Of a DNA stretch of 64,000 nt, positions 60,611-64,000 are shown piece after piece. Location of the stretch: IMG/VR virus record IMGVR_UViG_3300035698_024657, positions 1 to 64,000 of that record; one strand, 5' to 3'. The translations under genes and the position numbers were made by a program. The notes below the pieces were generated by a model. It worked only from the letters and a program-made list of their open reading frames with translations. It was not told the DNA's origin and ran no database searches. Source of the stretch: a virus. How positions within the stretch are numbered: position 1 is the stretch's first letter; every line of letters starts with the position of its first letter.

Positions 60611-60967
60611 TTATTTTCCCAATAACTTACGTACAGAATCGGTACGCAGGTAAATAGTATATATACGCTCTCGCCAATCACACTTTACAGAATACTTCTG
60701 CGGACCAACAGAAAACGCGTTTCGCTCCCCTACCTTTTGTACTAAATGCGCTAGTAACTTCGCACGAGTCCGTGCAGGGTCGAACTGGGGGGGTGCACAT
60801 ATACAGATTTCTACACAATCATTCTCCAAATCTTCAGGTTTTGGCGCCTCCAACCATATATAATTTCTCTTTGGCAAATTGGATGCCCGTTCACATAACC
60901 AATCTTTTATGTTACCTACGTCACCATCGTTGATAAATGCTCTATCCTGTCTCATTCTAATACCCAC
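60611..60967 (-). CDS. hypothetical protein within the deazaguanine cluster
   Basis: Abuts neighbours on both sides. Confidence 0.55.
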   Translation of the reverse strand: MGIRMRQDRAFINDGDVGNIKDWLCERASNLPKRNYIWLEAPKPEDLENDCVEICICAPPQFDPARTRAKLLAHLVQKVGERNAFSVGPQKYSVKCDWRERIYTIYLRTDSVRKLLGK

Positions 60968-62823
60968 TCCTTACTAATTGTTGCTGTTGCTTCATGTAAA
61001 TGTATAGACTCTTCAGCCGTACTCCTAATGTGATAATGCGCTACACCCTTCTCATCAAGCATAACCGCGACGTCACGTGCAAGGTCCTCCACAAACTTCG
61101 GATTTTCATAAGCGGTCTCAGTCACAAACTTTTCATCCTCCCGCTTTAACAGAGGATAAATAGGCGAACTCATCTGTCCTTCAAGAGCATCAATAATATC
61201 TTCGATCCAATAGAAATCTTCTGTAGGAACAAGACGTAACCTAACGGTATTACGTTGATTGTGTGCACCATACTGAGAAATCTCTTTCGAGCATGGGCAA
61301 AGATTCGTACCCATTACGCTAACTTCCATTACAAAAACATATTGCCCATTTACTTTCTTACCTATAAATGTGACGTCATATCCCTGCGTTCCTCTACTAT
61401 TAGATACTGGCGCAAATCGAGACACAAAGTATTTAAAGGCGATACTAATATAACCGTCTTGCGACTCCAAGCGTTTAAGCATATCTTCAATAACTTGTTC
61501 GAGATCTTTAGACGTAATCGTGCACGCTTCATATGCCATCAAAGTTTCCAGGAACCTCGAATTCCCACTCCAAATAGGTATTCCTTTCCTCCGAACCATT
61601 AGCGTATGATTTGGAACCGTACAGCAGTAAATTTTACCATTATAATCAACCCATTTATTTCGATTGGTACTCGTACCTTTTCGACTTGAATTGACAGTCG
61701 GCATAAGATTATTTGTCAGATAACCTACATAGTACACTGCACCAGGTTTAAATGCGTTCATAGGACGAGTATTGGGTTTAATATGTACGCCAATACCACA
61801 TTTAATTCCGATTTCTTGTAAATCATCAGCAAGACGCTGAGATGCAGTATAAAAAGATTTAGAAGTTTTCGTATGACTCCCATCACCTAACATATAGTAT
61901 TCGAAAAGAGTTTGTAAATAATCTATAGCAAGTTCTTTAATATCTTGCGGAATAAATCTTTCGGGAGACTTCTTCAATTTTTTAAAATATTCATACAACG
62001 TTTTATTTGATACAACTAAATTAAATGCACTACCATTTTTTGATATTGAAGAATTTATATCCTGATTTTTTAGGATATGTGCAAGTTCTTTTAGAATATT
62101 CTTATCAGAATTTGACCAAATTACCTGATATCCCCCAGAACGCGATTTATCTTTATGTGCACAACCTTCTGCTAAATAAAATCCGAGCAATTTCATAAAA
62201 CCTTGTACAGGAAATTGGTAAGTACTTCGCTTCTTAAATGTCTTCCGAGAAGTGGTAGTAATTTCAATATATTTAGGCGCCATGCCGCACCAATTACACC
62301 TTTTAGACATCCTATAAGTAGTTTTATCGAAAAATTCGTCAGCGCGCATTAATTCAGGAAAAATCTTAAACTTAGAATCAAACACCAAAAGATTATGATT
62401 AGGCGTTACACACAAATTAATGCCTCTACATTCGACGCTAAACATCTTCCCTTTATAAGTATCTTCAAAATACTTTGTAGGCTTTTTCCATACAAATTTC
62501 TCACCCGTGATAGAATTTCCGGGACGATCTAATGTAGCTACATAATCAGATTTACGAAGATCTTTAAAAAGAACCCATCCATGGCTTTTCGTAAGTATCT
62601 CAGTTTGATCGTCATAACACATATTGGCACCTTTCGTAGTCTCGTCAACTGAAACGTACATAGAAACATTTGCCTGTACAGGTTGCGCAATTACTTGGTC
62701 CTTCTGCCCAATTTTTAACGGAATACTAACATTCGTCACCCCTGCGCGACTAATGAACTTGCCTCGTGTATCTTTGATATTTTGAATATCTGGAAGATCC
62801 TTTCTATCAACTCTATCTGCCAT
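60952..62823 (-). CDS. folE2: GTP cyclohydrolase IB (FolE2) with intein
   Basis: LPDIQ, KGANM|SRF, LCPCSKEIS.YGAHNQR, LLKR.DEKFVTE.AYENPKFVED, ESIH.H. Confidence 0.93.
   Translation of the reverse strand: MADRVDRKDLPDIQNIKDTRGKFISRAGVTNVSIPLKIGQKDQVIAQPVQANVSMYVSVDETTKGANMCYDDQTEILTKSHGWVLFKDLRKSDYVATLDRPGNSITGEKFVWKKPTKYFEDTYKGKMFSVECRGINLCVTPNHNLLVFDSKFKIFPELMRADEFFDKTTYRMSKRCNWCGMAPKYIEITTTSRKTFKKRSTYQFPVQGFMKLLGFYLAEGCAHKDKSRSGGYQVIWSNSDKNILKELAHILKNQDINSSISKNGSAFNLVVSNKTLYEYFKKLKKSPERFIPQDIKELAIDYLQTLFEYYMLGDGSHTKTSKSFYTASQRLADDLQEIGIKCGIGVHIKPNTRPMNAFKPGAVYYVGYLTNNLMPTVNSSRKGTSTNRNKWVDYNGKIYCCTVPNHTLMVRRKGIPIWSGNSRFLETLMAYEACTITSKDLEQVIEDMLKRLESQDGYISIAFKYFVSRFAPVSNSRGTQGYDVTFIGKKVNGQYVFVMEVSVMGTNLCPCSKEISQYGAHNQRNTVRLRLVPTEDFYWIEDIIDALEGQMSSPIYPLLKREDEKFVTETAYENPKFVEDLARDVAVMLDEKGVAHYHIRSTAEESIHLHEATATISKEWVLE
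61561..62619 (-). mobile_element. intein with LAGLIDADG endonuclease in FolE2 (353 aa)
   Basis: M|CYDDQTEILT start; VTPNHNL block B; LGFYLAEG, YMLGDG; YCCTVPNHTL.VRR.G..IWSGN|S. Confidence 0.92.
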
Positions 62824-62838
62824 TAATCTATCCCCATA

Positions 62839-63372
62839 TTAACCATTACTGGTATCAAACTGTGTCCCGTAGTCGCCCATCGTCTGCAATTGTTCTGTAG
62901 TAAATACCATCATTTCTTTAGTAAGTGTACCAAAGGAATGCGGAGTTTCCCATACCTTAACTTGCTGCAACCAGGCTAATCCTGGACGAAGCTCATTAAT
63001 CTGTATACAGATTGCACCCCAAATATAATGTAAAATATTCTCAACGGTAGGTGACTTCTTTGTCATTTTAAAATACTCAATATCATTGAGCAGTCTATGG
63101 TCCATCCGTTTGATTACGCCCTCTTCAAGAATACGTTTCAACTCCTTGAAATCAATAACAAAGCCGGTGCCTTCATCGATTTCGCCGCGTACAGTGACTT
63201 CAAGATGATACGTATGCCCATGTGGCTCTCGAATCTTTCCCGCATCGTCTTTATAAAGACTACATGCATGAAATGCTGCACGATTTTTTGCAATATCCCA
63301 CTCGTGATTAGCGAGATAATGAGATGCACCAAAATTTAAATGTTTAGTTACTTCTACAGTTGGCTGAGTCAT
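62839..63372 (-). CDS. queD: 6-carboxy-tetrahydropterin synthase
   Basis: F.ASH, C, HGHTY.LEV, G.VIDF, DHR.LND, PTVEN, VWET. Confidence 0.93.
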   Translation of the reverse strand: MTQPTVEVTKHLNFGASHYLANHEWDIAKNRAAFHACSLYKDDAGKIREPHGHTYHLEVTVRGEIDEGTGFVIDFKELKRILEEGVIKRMDHRLLNDIEYFKMTKKSPTVENILHYIWGAICIQINELRPGLAWLQQVKVWETPHSFGTLTKEMMVFTTEQLQTMGDYGTQFDTSNG

Positions 63373-63380
63373 AATAGCTC

Positions 63381-64000
63381 CTATATTAAGTCTTCCACAA
63401 TTTGTCTACACTTTTTAATGCGATTATTCATTGCATTTTGTGCAAGTTTAACCTCACGACTAATTTCACTTTTAGAGCAGCCTTGTAACATTAACTGCAA
63501 AATTGTATAGGTTGTCATATCTATAGTTTTTACGCGTTGCAGGAGTCGAGATACAATCTGCTTATTTTCAATATCCCTTAAGTAATCTGGCTGATGTGTA
63601 CTAAGGGGTAAACCGAGGCTCAAGGCAAGATCAAGGGAAAACGACAAATTAGGTAATTTTAAAGATGAACCACAAGTAGTACATTCTGCGGACGCCTTAG
63701 AAACTTGCTTAGTATTACACACATTACATATTTGATGGGGGTGACCACGTTGGTGCTGGATAAAATTAATTGTCTTATTTTTAAGCTGCCGTAACATTAA
63801 CCAATGAAATTTTTTGCCCGGCACAGGCTCCCAACGATTAAAAAGTCGCCACATGTCCGCAAGAAGAATTGCAAAAAGGTCATCAACGTTCCATGTGGAA
63901 TCCCGACACGCCTTGTACGCGACCTGTCGAATAATTGGCGTAGCAAGTTTAACGAAGTCCGTAAAATGCTGAGGATCCTTCGTACGGTGAAACTTTTGTG
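63381..64000 (-). CDS. sigma70/ECF-like factor with Zn-ribbon insert (5' end outside window)
   Basis: Frame open to the window edge; DDLF..LL..MW....W....F.W...LKNK region-2-like; CNVC..CTTC; region-4 HTH GCSKSEIS. Confidence 0.6.
   Translation of the reverse strand, partial: QKFHRTKDPQHFTDFVKLATPIIRQVAYKACRDSTWNVDDLFAILLADMWRLFNRWEPVPGKKFHWLMLRQLKNKTINFIQHQRGHPHQICNVCNTKQVSKASAECTTCGSSLKLPNLSFSLDLALSLGLPLSTHQPDYLRDIENKQIVSRLLQRVKTIDMTTYTILQLMLQGCSKSEISREVKLAQNAMNNRIKKCRQIVEDLI

Overview
A 64-kb segment of a large (jumbo-like) tailed dsDNA phage genome, read with the standard bacterial code and using Shine-Dalgarno signals. Positions 1-21.8 kb are a dense + strand block of small accessory genes. 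It also holds two tmRNA-like RNA units with a LAGLIDADG endonuclease, an ATP-dependent DNA ligase, a host-envelope module (OmpA/beta-barrel protein, DT-repeat lipoprotein, secreted repeat peptide, PorV/PorQ-like barrel), class II RNR, kinase plus RNA ligase, DEDD exonuclease, RNase H and a GIY-YIG endonuclease. From 21.8 kb to the end, genes are on the - strand: membrane/lysis-like genes, large probably virion-associated proteins, an intein-containing terminase, nucleotide enzymes, split Rad50 plus Mre11, primase, SSB-like protein, RecA, UDG-PolA fusion, dUTPase, GroEL, a 7-deazaguanine cluster (QueC, PRTase, intein-bearing FolE2, QueD) and a truncated sigma-like gene. Three signals stand out. 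(1) A ~12-aa tag, KE(F/I)xIQxALG, is shared by at least 14 proteins with very different bodies, including the primase. (2) A 74-nt tmRNA-like RNA consists only of the tRNA-like domain and appears nested in a second, interrupted tmRNA-like gene. (3) A repeated LNMKK(K/T)A / KTA motif divides the large late proteins into modules. The envelope genes suggest an FCB-group host (inference). All annotations come from motif recognition by eye; no searches were run.
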